From a virus (lineage: Duplodnaviria > Caudoviricetes): DNA of 64,000 nucleotides. The stretch covers positions 17,596 through 81,595 of IMG/VR virus record IMGVR_UViG_3300035419_000202. The stretch is one strand, 5' to 3'. The notes beneath the pieces were generated by a model that saw only the letters and a program-made list of their open reading frames with translations, was not told the DNA's origin and did no database searches. The position numbers and the translations under genes are program-made. Below are positions 30,397 through 39,287 of this stretch, one piece after another (the first letter of the stretch is position 1; the number at the start of each line of letters is the position of its first letter).

Positions 30397-31098
30397 ATGA
30401 ACGCTGAATTAGAGAAGTACTTGTTAGAAAATGACAAGCAAATAGATATAACATATCCAGAACAATTCGATCCTAAATGGGTTGTAATGGAAAGCGGTTG
30501 GCCGTGTTTTAAATTAAGTGCATTAGACAATCAACCGTGGAAAGAAATGCACAAAGAAGCTGAAGCACTTGCAGATAAGTTTCATTTACATAGAGAAACT
30601 ACATATGGAAAAGGCTGGAAAAGCCTAACACTACATGGACTGAATGAAGATACCCAAACATTGAATAGTTATGGCGATAGACAAGAATCAATTAAACAGT
30701 TAGATTGGACTTGGGTAGCAGATGAATGTCCTGTTACTAAAAAGTTTTTAACAGATGTATGGCCCGCGGAGTTTTTAAATCGTGTAAGGTTTATGTTACT
30801 TGAACCAGGTGGATATATTCTTCCACATCAAGATAGATCAGATGAAGAAAAACGTTTGAGTGTTTGTAATATAAGTTTAAACAATCCTGAAGGTTGTAGA
30901 TTTGTTTTTAAAGATCACGGCAGAGTTCCGTTTGATGATAATGGTAGTGCATACTTAATGGATATATCTAATGTTCATGCTGTATATAATAACAGTGATC
31001 AGCCAAGAATACATATGATTATACATTACGAACTTGGTAGACGTATTAGAGATTTTTTCTATGTCTTAAGAGCAAGTTACTATACTAACAGAGGGTAA
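30397..31098 (+). CDS. Asp/Asn beta-hydroxylase-like 2OG-Fe(II) oxygenase
   Basis: RVRFMLLEPGGYILPHQD...VHAVYN...RIHMIIH. Confidence 0.8.
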   Translation: MNAELEKYLLENDKQIDITYPEQFDPKWVVMESGWPCFKLSALDNQPWKEMHKEAEALADKFHLHRETTYGKGWKSLTLHGLNEDTQTLNSYGDRQESIKQLDWTWVADECPVTKKFLTDVWPAEFLNRVRFMLLEPGGYILPHQDRSDEEKRLSVCNISLNNPEGCRFVFKDHGRVPFDDNGSAYLMDISNVHAVYNNSDQPRIHMIIHYELGRRIRDFFYVLRASYYTNRG

Positions 31099-31099
31099 A

Positions 31100-32569
31100 A
31101 TGAAAGACTGGAATAGTATTACTATTGATCGCTATTACGAAGATCTAAAAATTGATAACAGAGTAGGCATCGGCATACTTAATATTAATCGTGATATAGA
31201 TAATGCATGGCTACAAAAACGATGTTTTGATATGACTTATTTTTATATTAATCGTATGATTAAAATGGGCATGTGTAGTTATGTAGGATTTCATAAAACT
31301 GTTGAAGAAATATTAGAACAAAGTCTTCAAAAGAATAAAGAGTTTGCAATGATTGCATGTCAAGGATTGTTTTTATTTAGAGGACCTAGTTTAATAACTC
31401 AAAGTTTAAATTACTATGATAACAATAAAGACTTCTTTGCAATAGGTCATATAATGGACAAAGAAGCACAAACAGGAATGCAAGGTTCGTATCCTGGATT
31501 GCATAGACAATACCTATTTGTTAATTTACAAAAATGGGTAGAACTTGGCAAACCTAAGTTTGACGAAATGGGTGTATTTAGAGATAGAAAGCCTTTACTA
31601 CAAAATTACAAACTTAGTGAAGATACAGTACATAGCCATTATACTCCTAAGTGGATAGGTCCTGCAGACAATGCACAAGAAAAATATGTTGAGATTACAG
31701 CAGACGGAAGTAACTGGATAGACATTGCTATACGTGCAGGCATAACTATAGATAATTTAACAAATGATATGCGTGATTGTAAAGTATTTTTATATCCATA
31801 TGAGAATACCCAGCAACTTGCAAATGCATGGCTTAACAAAGATCAAGACGAAGGCTTAAATCAAAGTCAAGCGGCTTGGATACGCAAACTTGGATATCAA
31901 GAATTTATAGAAAAAGATAGAGTATACGCATTTAATACAGAAACACTTTCAGGTGAGGGAGTAAGAACAGATGGTAAATTAATTGATCATTTGTTTAGTG
32001 CCGCCGCCGGCTTTAAGCCACTTGCTATATTAAACACAAACGGCTTTCATAAAGATACTACAGTAAATTATTTTGATTGGTGTGAAGCAAGTTTAAATTA
32101 TAAAAAACACTTGCTAGAAACTTGGGATGGATATGATTTAGACAAATGGTTATTAGAACATGATCTTAAATATAACTTTAGTAGTACCTATAGAGGAAAT
32201 TACAAAAAGTTTTGGGAACAAGAAGTTAAGGAACATGGAGGCAGAGAAGCGTTTAAAGAGTTATGGGATAGATACAGACAACTAAAACATACTTTTAATG
32301 TAGTAGACTTAGTAACACAACCTAACCAATTATTTGAACTAATAAATACTGCACAAGGAACAAAAGTACTGTGGACTACAAATATTTGGTCAAGCGAAAT
32401 GCTCCAATGGAATGTAGAACCAGAACAACTTGAACAGCATTGGTTTAAATTTGAAGAAATGATTCCAGAAGACTTAGTGCTATATGGGCACGACTATGTC
32501 GCAATGGATATGAGAGAAAGGTTAAGAAATGGAAAACACACAACACATCCAAGATTTGAGAATAATTAA
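31100..32569 (+). CDS. Hypothetical 489-aa protein, possibly two-domain (GT-like plus Rossmann-like)
   Basis: Long ORF in operon; LHRQYLFVNLQKW resembles a GT-A segment; FSAAAGFK...NYFD resembles a Rossmann motif; family not established. Confidence 0.45.
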   Translation: MKDWNSITIDRYYEDLKIDNRVGIGILNINRDIDNAWLQKRCFDMTYFYINRMIKMGMCSYVGFHKTVEEILEQSLQKNKEFAMIACQGLFLFRGPSLITQSLNYYDNNKDFFAIGHIMDKEAQTGMQGSYPGLHRQYLFVNLQKWVELGKPKFDEMGVFRDRKPLLQNYKLSEDTVHSHYTPKWIGPADNAQEKYVEITADGSNWIDIAIRAGITIDNLTNDMRDCKVFLYPYENTQQLANAWLNKDQDEGLNQSQAAWIRKLGYQEFIEKDRVYAFNTETLSGEGVRTDGKLIDHLFSAAAGFKPLAILNTNGFHKDTTVNYFDWCEASLNYKKHLLETWDGYDLDKWLLEHDLKYNFSSTYRGNYKKFWEQEVKEHGGREAFKELWDRYRQLKHTFNVVDLVTQPNQLFELINTAQGTKVLWTTNIWSSEMLQWNVEPEQLEQHWFKFEEMIPEDLVLYGHDYVAMDMRERLRNGKHTTHPRFENN

Positions 32570-33278
32570 AGACTACGATCCTATTAATCACGGCTTAACT
32601 TACGATTTCTTATATAACAATAACGATTGGGATATAATTGAACTTAACTATAATGTAGATGTTGAAAGTCTAAAAGCATGGTGGACTGACGTTAAAGAAA
32701 ACTTTGATCACATGTTGTTTAACTTTAACAAGATGTCTGAAAAACTTAACTTAGAAAAAAGTAAAGAAATGGTAGAGCAAGGGTTTTGCGGTTACTATTG
32801 CGGACCAATTGATGGTGTAACCCTAGCATGGCCTATAGAACGTTATGAAGCACTACCGCCTCCAGCACAATGTAATGCTGAAATGTATCCTGAAGTAGAT
32901 TACGATAACTTTATTAACGATGCAAAAATTATGCCTAAATTACACTTTGGTTATTTTAAACAGTTAGTAGAAGAATTAGGGTCAGATGCTTTTAGACAAG
33001 CAATCGTTACTAGACATCATCCAGGTATGTACATACGTCAACACATAGATAGTAAAGTACTTAAATTACATATTCCTATAGAAAGCAACAAAAACAGTTA
33101 TTTCCATTTTGGTGAAAACAAAGAACGCTCTTATCATATGAAAGAAGGTAAAGCATATATTCTTAACACTGGCGATTGGCACGGAACTACTAACGATAGT
33201 GACGACTATAGATCTCATATTATTACAAGAGTAACTGAAGGCCATATCTTAAATGTAATAGGTATAACAAATGGATAA
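32529..33278 (+). CDS. Asp/Asn beta-hydroxylase-like 2OG-Fe(II) oxygenase
   Basis: QHID...LHIPI...WHGTTN...RSHII. Confidence 0.8.
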   Translation: MENTQHIQDLRIIKDYDPINHGLTYDFLYNNNDWDIIELNYNVDVESLKAWWTDVKENFDHMLFNFNKMSEKLNLEKSKEMVEQGFCGYYCGPIDGVTLAWPIERYEALPPPAQCNAEMYPEVDYDNFINDAKIMPKLHFGYFKQLVEELGSDAFRQAIVTRHHPGMYIRQHIDSKVLKLHIPIESNKNSYFHFGENKERSYHMKEGKAYILNTGDWHGTTNDSDDYRSHIITRVTEGHILNVIGITNG

Positions 33279-34014
33279 AGTTCTGCAACCTTCTCAAGTT
33301 GACTTGTCAGTTTTAGAAAGTTTAGAATGGGACATTATAATATTAGATAAAAAAATAGATGTTGAAAATTTACAACATTGGTATAATATTGTTATATCTA
33401 ATTTAGACTACTTAAAATTTAATTTTCAAACATGCTCTGAGTACATAAAAGAATCTGTTAATAATAAATTTACTACTGATACAAATGATTATGAATGGGA
33501 ACGTAACAAAACCTACGAAGCATTAATTAATTCGTGGACATTAACTTGGCCAGCTCACAGAGATGTACCACTTCCGCCTCCTTGGGCTGCTGACATAGAC
33601 TTTTTTACAGAATTAAAAAGTTACTTTGACAATAACGGTAATGTTATAAAGGACTTTGATTATAAAGATAATATATATCTTAGTCAATATAATTTTGGAG
33701 AATGGAAATCTATAGTAGAAGAAGTAGGCAACTATATTTACAATCCGCGTATTACACAACACCTGCCTGAACACATACTTCATCCGCACACAGATGGATA
33801 CTGTGCTAGACTACACATTCCTATGACATATGATAATAGCAAATTTTACTGGGGAGAAAAATGGAACAGAGAATATAATTTTGAACCAGGAAATATTTAC
33901 ATTATAAATTCTAGAGTTACGCACTCTACTACAAACTTTAGTCCTACATCAAGGGCAAATGTAATTGCTGATATACATAATAATAAATTTATGGATTTAG
34001 TAAATTGGAAATGA
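33271..34014 (+). CDS. Asp/Asn beta-hydroxylase-like 2OG-Fe(II) oxygenase
   Basis: PHTD...LHIPM...THSTTN...RANVI. Confidence 0.8.
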   Translation: MDKVLQPSQVDLSVLESLEWDIIILDKKIDVENLQHWYNIVISNLDYLKFNFQTCSEYIKESVNNKFTTDTNDYEWERNKTYEALINSWTLTWPAHRDVPLPPPWAADIDFFTELKSYFDNNGNVIKDFDYKDNIYLSQYNFGEWKSIVEEVGNYIYNPRITQHLPEHILHPHTDGYCARLHIPMTYDNSKFYWGEKWNREYNFEPGNIYIINSRVTHSTTNFSPTSRANVIADIHNNKFMDLVNWK

Positions 34015-34658
34015 AACGATATATAGAAGAACATCAAACAGTTGATTTAGGTTTTGACGTTAAACGTATATTTTGTGTTGATGTAAAAAAGTTACAGGAC
34101 TGGTATAATGATCTACAAGGAAATTACAAAGATTGGAAATTTGTTGTAGGAGAAAATCATCATGTGTGGCAGTTTCCAATTAGTGACCCTACTGGAGAGA
34201 CTGGACATATTATACCTGACGAAACTGGTTACTATACGTTATGCTGGAATAGTGACGAAGAAGGTCCTAAACCTTTTGAGCAAGGATGTGCAAAGCCAGA
34301 GTATAGAGACAATGACAACGATGAATTGAATCCTAGAAAATGTTTTACAGGATACGGATTAGACGTTGTAAAAAGTCTACCTTTTCGTAGTAAAAAATGG
34401 TTAGTAACTGAGCATGTAACTGGAACTAAATTGATCACACATCAAGATAGTCCTGATAAAATTAGAGTACATATTCCTATACACACTAACAAAGATAGTA
34501 ATTGGATTATAAACGGTAAAGAATATCATATGGAACCAGGTTGGGCATATCTTGTAAACACAACACTTCCTCATAGTGTTGAAAACAAAGGCACAACAGA
34601 CAGAGTACACCTTTATGGTAAAGTGTGGACTGAGGACGTAAAAGCATGGTTAATGTAA
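34005..34658 (+). CDS. Asp/Asn beta-hydroxylase-like 2OG-Fe(II) oxygenase
   Basis: THQD...RVHIPI...PHSVEN...RVHL. Confidence 0.8.
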   Translation: MEMKRYIEEHQTVDLGFDVKRIFCVDVKKLQDWYNDLQGNYKDWKFVVGENHHVWQFPISDPTGETGHIIPDETGYYTLCWNSDEEGPKPFEQGCAKPEYRDNDNDELNPRKCFTGYGLDVVKSLPFRSKKWLVTEHVTGTKLITHQDSPDKIRVHIPIHTNKDSNWIINGKEYHMEPGWAYLVNTTLPHSVENKGTTDRVHLYGKVWTEDVKAWLM

Positions 34659-35071
34659 AAACATATGCAATGAAAGATATGCACCCTATACCTAACAACG
34701 AATATCTTATTGGTATACACAGTAATGGTAATTGGATACATTCTGAGCCTGTTATGGCAGATGCAGATAATGTTTTAAATTTAAAATTTGAGGATGTTGA
34801 AAAGACAGGTTTAAAAGCAATCAAGTGGTACAATAACACACAACGAATAATACATGCTACAGCATGTAGCGATAAACAAGCAAAACAAATTATATATTTT
34901 GTACGCAAGATTCCTAAAAATGCAACACTACATGTATATTGTGCAAAAGGACAATCAAGAAGTGTTGCTGTTGCCAACTACGTTAAAAAGCATTATAATA
35001 ACGAAACAATAGATGACAGTGGTCATAACAAACATGTTTATAGTCTATTAGAAAGGTATCATGATGTTTGA
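34646..35071 (+). CDS. CX5R phosphatase (PTP/dual-specificity-like)
   Basis: HVYCAKGQSRSVAVA P-loop. Confidence 0.75.
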   Translation: MVNVKTYAMKDMHPIPNNEYLIGIHSNGNWIHSEPVMADADNVLNLKFEDVEKTGLKAIKWYNNTQRIIHATACSDKQAKQIIYFVRKIPKNATLHVYCAKGQSRSVAVANYVKKHYNNETIDDSGHNKHVYSLLERYHDV

Positions 35072-36236
35072 TTTTGATATTAAAGAATTACCTAACTTTA
35101 AATTTTCGTTGCAAGAACTAAAAGACTATTATGCTAAAGTATCTCAGTATGACAATTTAAAGTGGCAACCAGATAGTACAAATACATTAGATCACAAAGT
35201 AAATGATGTATACAGTTGGGCTATACAAAGTAATTTAAAGGATGCTACAAAGCCTTGTCCACCGTATGACATTAAACATGATACTGAAGTATTAGGCACG
35301 TTTGATAACCCTACAGAGCTTGTATTTGGTTTTGGCAAGTATATTGTAGATGCAATACCCGATGTTAGGCAAACAGTTATAAGTGCCCATCCACCTAATA
35401 CAGTTATACAACAACATATAGATAATACTGAGTTTGTAAAAGTACATATACCTATACAGACAAATGATCAAAGTTATTTTGTATTTGGCGATTCAAAGTA
35501 TAATTTACAAGAGGGTAAAGCATATCTTATTAATACTACTAATCAACATGGAACAATTAACCAAGGCGATACAGACAGAATACATTTAATATTTAAAATA
35601 CCTATCGACAATGTAGATGAACTACTAAACACAGATTGGATATTAGATCCAGCCCAAATAAACTTTGATTGTAAAAAAATAGAAAATGTAAAATTTAATT
35701 TTGATGAACTTAAAGAATACTATAATGACCTTGTAGATAATTTTGACTACTTGAAATGGACAATGCCTGAAGTTTCAGGAACTAATCTTGAAGGATTATA
35801 TGGTTACGCAATATTAACTAATTGTGAAAACGTAGACGAACGTCCATTACCTCCGGGTATGCGTAAAGACAAAAAAGCATTTGATCCTATTATAAAACCT
35901 ACTAAGATGCTCAAAGGGTTTGCTAAAAAACTATATGATCAAATTCCTTATATAGAAGAATTAGTAATTACTGGACATCCTCAAAATTCAGGAATACCCC
36001 CGCATGCAGATAAAGATGAACATGTAAGAGTACATATTCCGTTGTATGCTAATAACGATTCGCATTTTATTATTAACGAACACCCGTATGTATTAGAACC
36101 TAATAATGTTTACATTGTAAATACAAAACGCATACACACTACAATTAACAAAGGCTCTACAGATAGAATCCATTTACATTTTAAAATTCCCATAGGAAAA
36201 ATAAATATTTTTTTAAGGACACAAATAAACGTATGA
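35061..36236 (+). CDS. Tandem two-domain Asp/Asn beta-hydroxylase-like oxygenase
   Basis: QHID...VHIPI...QHGTIN..DRIHL and PHAD...VHIPL...IHTTIN..DRIHL. Confidence 0.8.
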   Translation: MMFDFDIKELPNFKFSLQELKDYYAKVSQYDNLKWQPDSTNTLDHKVNDVYSWAIQSNLKDATKPCPPYDIKHDTEVLGTFDNPTELVFGFGKYIVDAIPDVRQTVISAHPPNTVIQQHIDNTEFVKVHIPIQTNDQSYFVFGDSKYNLQEGKAYLINTTNQHGTINQGDTDRIHLIFKIPIDNVDELLNTDWILDPAQINFDCKKIENVKFNFDELKEYYNDLVDNFDYLKWTMPEVSGTNLEGLYGYAILTNCENVDERPLPPGMRKDKKAFDPIIKPTKMLKGFAKKLYDQIPYIEELVITGHPQNSGIPPHADKDEHVRVHIPLYANNDSHFIINEHPYVLEPNNVYIVNTKRIHTTINKGSTDRIHLHFKIPIGKINIFLRTQINV

Positions 36237-37339
36237 ATATAATTATTGTAGGCGGCGGAACAGCAGGTTGGATGACAGCCTCATACCTTTCTAAAAAGAC
36301 TGACTGGGATATTACAGTTATCCAAAGTCAAGATATACCTATAATAGGTGTAGGTGAAAGTACACTGCCTAGTATGTATGACTTTATACATGATTGCGGA
36401 TTAACTGAGCAAGACTTATTTGATAATTGCAATGCGGTTCGTAAGTATACAATTAAACATAAAAACTGGCACGGCGAAAGTTGGTTCCATCATTTTTGTT
36501 TTGATGAAACAGAACACGACGAACAAATGCGTTGGATGGAAAATTACGAGTTGCCAAATAAAAAATGGCGTCATGCATATCATATAGATGCAAATAAATT
36601 TGGTATTATGTTGCGTGATAAAGTAGCATTGCCAAATGGTGTTAAATTAGAAACACGTACATTAGATAATATTGATGATTTACAAGCAGACTTGATTATT
36701 AATTGTACAGGATTTAATAAATTATTTCCTCAAAGAGAAATGGTTAGTACACGTCTTAAAAATAATTGTGCTGTAGTAGCACCTAGTTATGATAAAGAGT
36801 TAAAATACTACACAGAAACAACTGCTATGAGTAACGGGTGGATGTGGAATATTTATTTACAAAATCGTATTGGTAATGGTTATGTGTTTAGTACAGAACA
36901 TCAAACAGTTGACGATGCTAAACGCGAGTTTATCGAAACATGTCCTTATAATCTTGAACTAGATAAAATGCGAGTATTACACTGGGAAAGTAAATATTGC
37001 CCAACACCGTATCAAGATAACATACTAAACATAGGGCTGAGTGCTGGATTTATTGAGCCTTTAGAAGCACAAGCAATTTGGCTAATACAATATCAGATTG
37101 AAATGCTAGTTAAACTATATGGTAAACAAAAAGTTTACAATAGACAATATGTTAAGATTGTAAAACATATTGAAGATTTTCTTGCATTGCATTATGAAGC
37201 AACAAGTAAGAATACACCATACTGGCAAAATGAAGTAAAAGAAATTGAAATTAAAAAGAAACCGTTTACTATTTTTGACGAATATAGTTTTAGGTGTTTA
37301 GCGAACGGTTACGCTCTTCCATATACTTTGAAACATTAA
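36233..37339 (+). CDS. Flavin-dependent (tryptophan-halogenase family) halogenase, compact
   Basis: GGGTAGW, IGVGEST, AVRKYTIKHKNW (position of the catalytic Lys), GWMWNI (WxWxI), GFIEPLEA. Confidence 0.85.
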   Translation: MNIIIVGGGTAGWMTASYLSKKTDWDITVIQSQDIPIIGVGESTLPSMYDFIHDCGLTEQDLFDNCNAVRKYTIKHKNWHGESWFHHFCFDETEHDEQMRWMENYELPNKKWRHAYHIDANKFGIMLRDKVALPNGVKLETRTLDNIDDLQADLIINCTGFNKLFPQREMVSTRLKNNCAVVAPSYDKELKYYTETTAMSNGWMWNIYLQNRIGNGYVFSTEHQTVDDAKREFIETCPYNLELDKMRVLHWESKYCPTPYQDNILNIGLSAGFIEPLEAQAIWLIQYQIEMLVKLYGKQKVYNRQYVKIVKHIEDFLALHYEATSKNTPYWQNEVKEIEIKKKPFTIFDEYSFRCLANGYALPYTLKH

Positions 37340-37835
37340 TACGCCACAAGTTCTGCGGAACATTGTATAACTCCATCCTACGATCTAAAGTCCAAATTCC
37401 TGTTTTAGCAAGCATTGGCATAATAGTATTGTTTATACGTTGGCTTTTGCCGCCGTCGTTGTTAATGTTAGTACTAATATAAAGTTCTGCGTTAGGATTT
37501 TTAGTTGCCCAATCAATCTGTATAGGCAATAGATAACTTAACTGTATTCCAGTTTTAAATATATTTCTACCAGTGCCTAACGTATAGCCTGGTAATTGTG
37601 CGCCTCTAAATAATAGTCTATAAGCATCAGGACTAACTTCAGGAAGTTTGTGAGCACCAGCAATACTTACAATACGGTCTTGGTCAAATGCTGCACACCA
37701 AAACGGACACCAGTCCCATTTCATTTTTTCTAAAGAAGTATTGTTACTATAAGACTGAGAATTACAGAATATCTCAACAGCACCTCTGTCAGTTTTAGAT
37801 AATGTTCTAAACGTCAGTCTTCCAAGTTTTTCCAT
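37290..37835 (-). CDS. Hypothetical protein, possibly GNAT-fold
   Basis: IVSIAG...YRLLFRGAQLPGY...G pattern; weak similarity by eye only. Confidence 0.45.
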   Translation of the reverse strand: MEKLGRLTFRTLSKTDRGAVEIFCNSQSYSNNTSLEKMKWDWCPFWCAAFDQDRIVSIAGAHKLPEVSPDAYRLLFRGAQLPGYTLGTGRNIFKTGIQLSYLLPIQIDWATKNPNAELYISTNINNDGGKSQRINNTIMPMLAKTGIWTLDRRMELYNVPQNLWRINVSKYMEERNRSLNT

Positions 37836-38475
37836 TTGCTTCTTTTCTTCTATGTGAGAATGTCATTGTGCTTGTATCAAAAATATCACCTGTAGCTCTA
37901 CCATTTATTATTGCTTCACCTAAAGAAGATGTTGCTGTTACAGGGTGAAACATTATATGATCATCTGTTGGTCGATTATGCAAATCAAAACTAGGACTAT
38001 CATAACCTATAAGAATAGGCGGAGGAAACTCAGTCATGCCATACCAGTTTGCTACACACTGTACACCTCTATTTTTAAATGCATTTATAAAGTCTTGATC
38101 TATTTTATTACTACCTGTTACCATGTAACGTACACAACTCATATCTAAGTCTTTAAAGCCTTTTGTACTTTGTAAAAGCTCTAAATGACGCGGTATAAGC
38201 GCAATATAAGACGGTTGTAAGCGTTTAAATGCTTGTATGTACGTATATGGTGTAAAGTTGCTACAAACGTACTGTGCGCCGCTTAAAACGCTAGGATACG
38301 CTGTTATAGTCCAATGTGCAATAGTATTAGCAGGAAACACATCTAATACAACATCCTTGCTGGTTAGTTGTATTTCTTTAGCACTACGTCTAGCACATTC
38401 ATTAATGTATTCCCAAGAGTGTGTTATTTGTTTAGGTTCATCTGTACTACCTGATGTGTAAAGTGTTATACTCAT
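37807..38475 (-). CDS. Minimal AMP-binding (ANL) adenylation enzyme
   Basis: YTSGSTDEPK P-loop, YGMTE, TGD; only 222 aa. Confidence 0.75.
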   Translation of the reverse strand: MSITLYTSGSTDEPKQITHSWEYINECARRSAKEIQLTSKDVVLDVFPANTIAHWTITAYPSVLSGAQYVCSNFTPYTYIQAFKRLQPSYIALIPRHLELLQSTKGFKDLDMSCVRYMVTGSNKIDQDFINAFKNRGVQCVANWYGMTEFPPPILIGYDSPSFDLHNRPTDDHIMFHPVTATSSLGEAIINGRATGDIFDTSTMTFSHRRKEANGKTWKTDV

Positions 38476-39287
38476 AGTAGTCTATCCTTTAATATATCTG
38501 CTGTATGTTTATGTACACCTATACCTGGATGGCCTGATATAGTACCGTTTTGTTTACAAATATCTCTAGCAAATTTTTTATTGTTATCGTCAATACCTAA
38601 TAGATCAATATCAATACGTATAATAGGCAAAGTAGTAGGAAAATAACTAAACATTGTTAATGGTATGTTGTTAGTTTTACAAAATACTTCTAACATGTTT
38701 ACGTATATTTCTGCTTCGTTTTGTAAGAAGTCAGTGCGTTCTAGTAATTCATAAGGTTCTACATAATTGCATTTAGGCCTATGACCGCCAGTAAATGTAA
38801 GAGCAAAATTATCTGTAAGAAATGTATATCCGTGTGCAGGCGGAAATTCAAAACATGCACTTTTTGGAGCACCGTGTAAGTTTACATAATTAAAAAATGA
38901 TATAACTTGTAGTTTAGTGCTGTATGTAGGACCAGCATAACTTAGCATAGGTGTGTCTAGTTCTTTAGACAATATATCAGTGTACCTATCTTTCTCGTCT
39001 ACACCAATACCTAAAGTATAACTTGTGCCACTAAAATAAATTAAGTCTTTAGTTAAATCCACTTCATTAGACATACGTAATCCTAAACTGTTAAAGTTGT
39101 AATTAATCTCTTTGCTATTGTATATCCAACTATTATCTTGATATTTTTTGTTACGCTCGTGTAGTCTTTCGTTATCAGGTCCGTAGTAATTAGAACTTGT
39201 ATTAGGAATCATACTGTCGTGTTGATACGGCCAGTCAGTCTTTTTGTAAGGAATACAAGTATTCAATCTTGTTTTAATATTAGTCAT
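38472..39287 (-). CDS. SGNH/GDSL-hydrolase-like protein
   Basis: FSGTSYTLG (block I G.S) and C-terminal GHPG...H. Confidence 0.55.
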   Translation of the reverse strand: MTNIKTRLNTCIPYKKTDWPYQHDSMIPNTSSNYYGPDNERLHERNKKYQDNSWIYNSKEINYNFNSLGLRMSNEVDLTKDLIYFSGTSYTLGIGVDEKDRYTDILSKELDTPMLSYAGPTYSTKLQVISFFNYVNLHGAPKSACFEFPPAHGYTFLTDNFALTFTGGHRPKCNYVEPYELLERTDFLQNEAEIYVNMLEVFCKTNNIPLTMFSYFPTTLPIIRIDIDLLGIDDNNKKFARDICKQNGTISGHPGIGVHKHTADILKDRLL

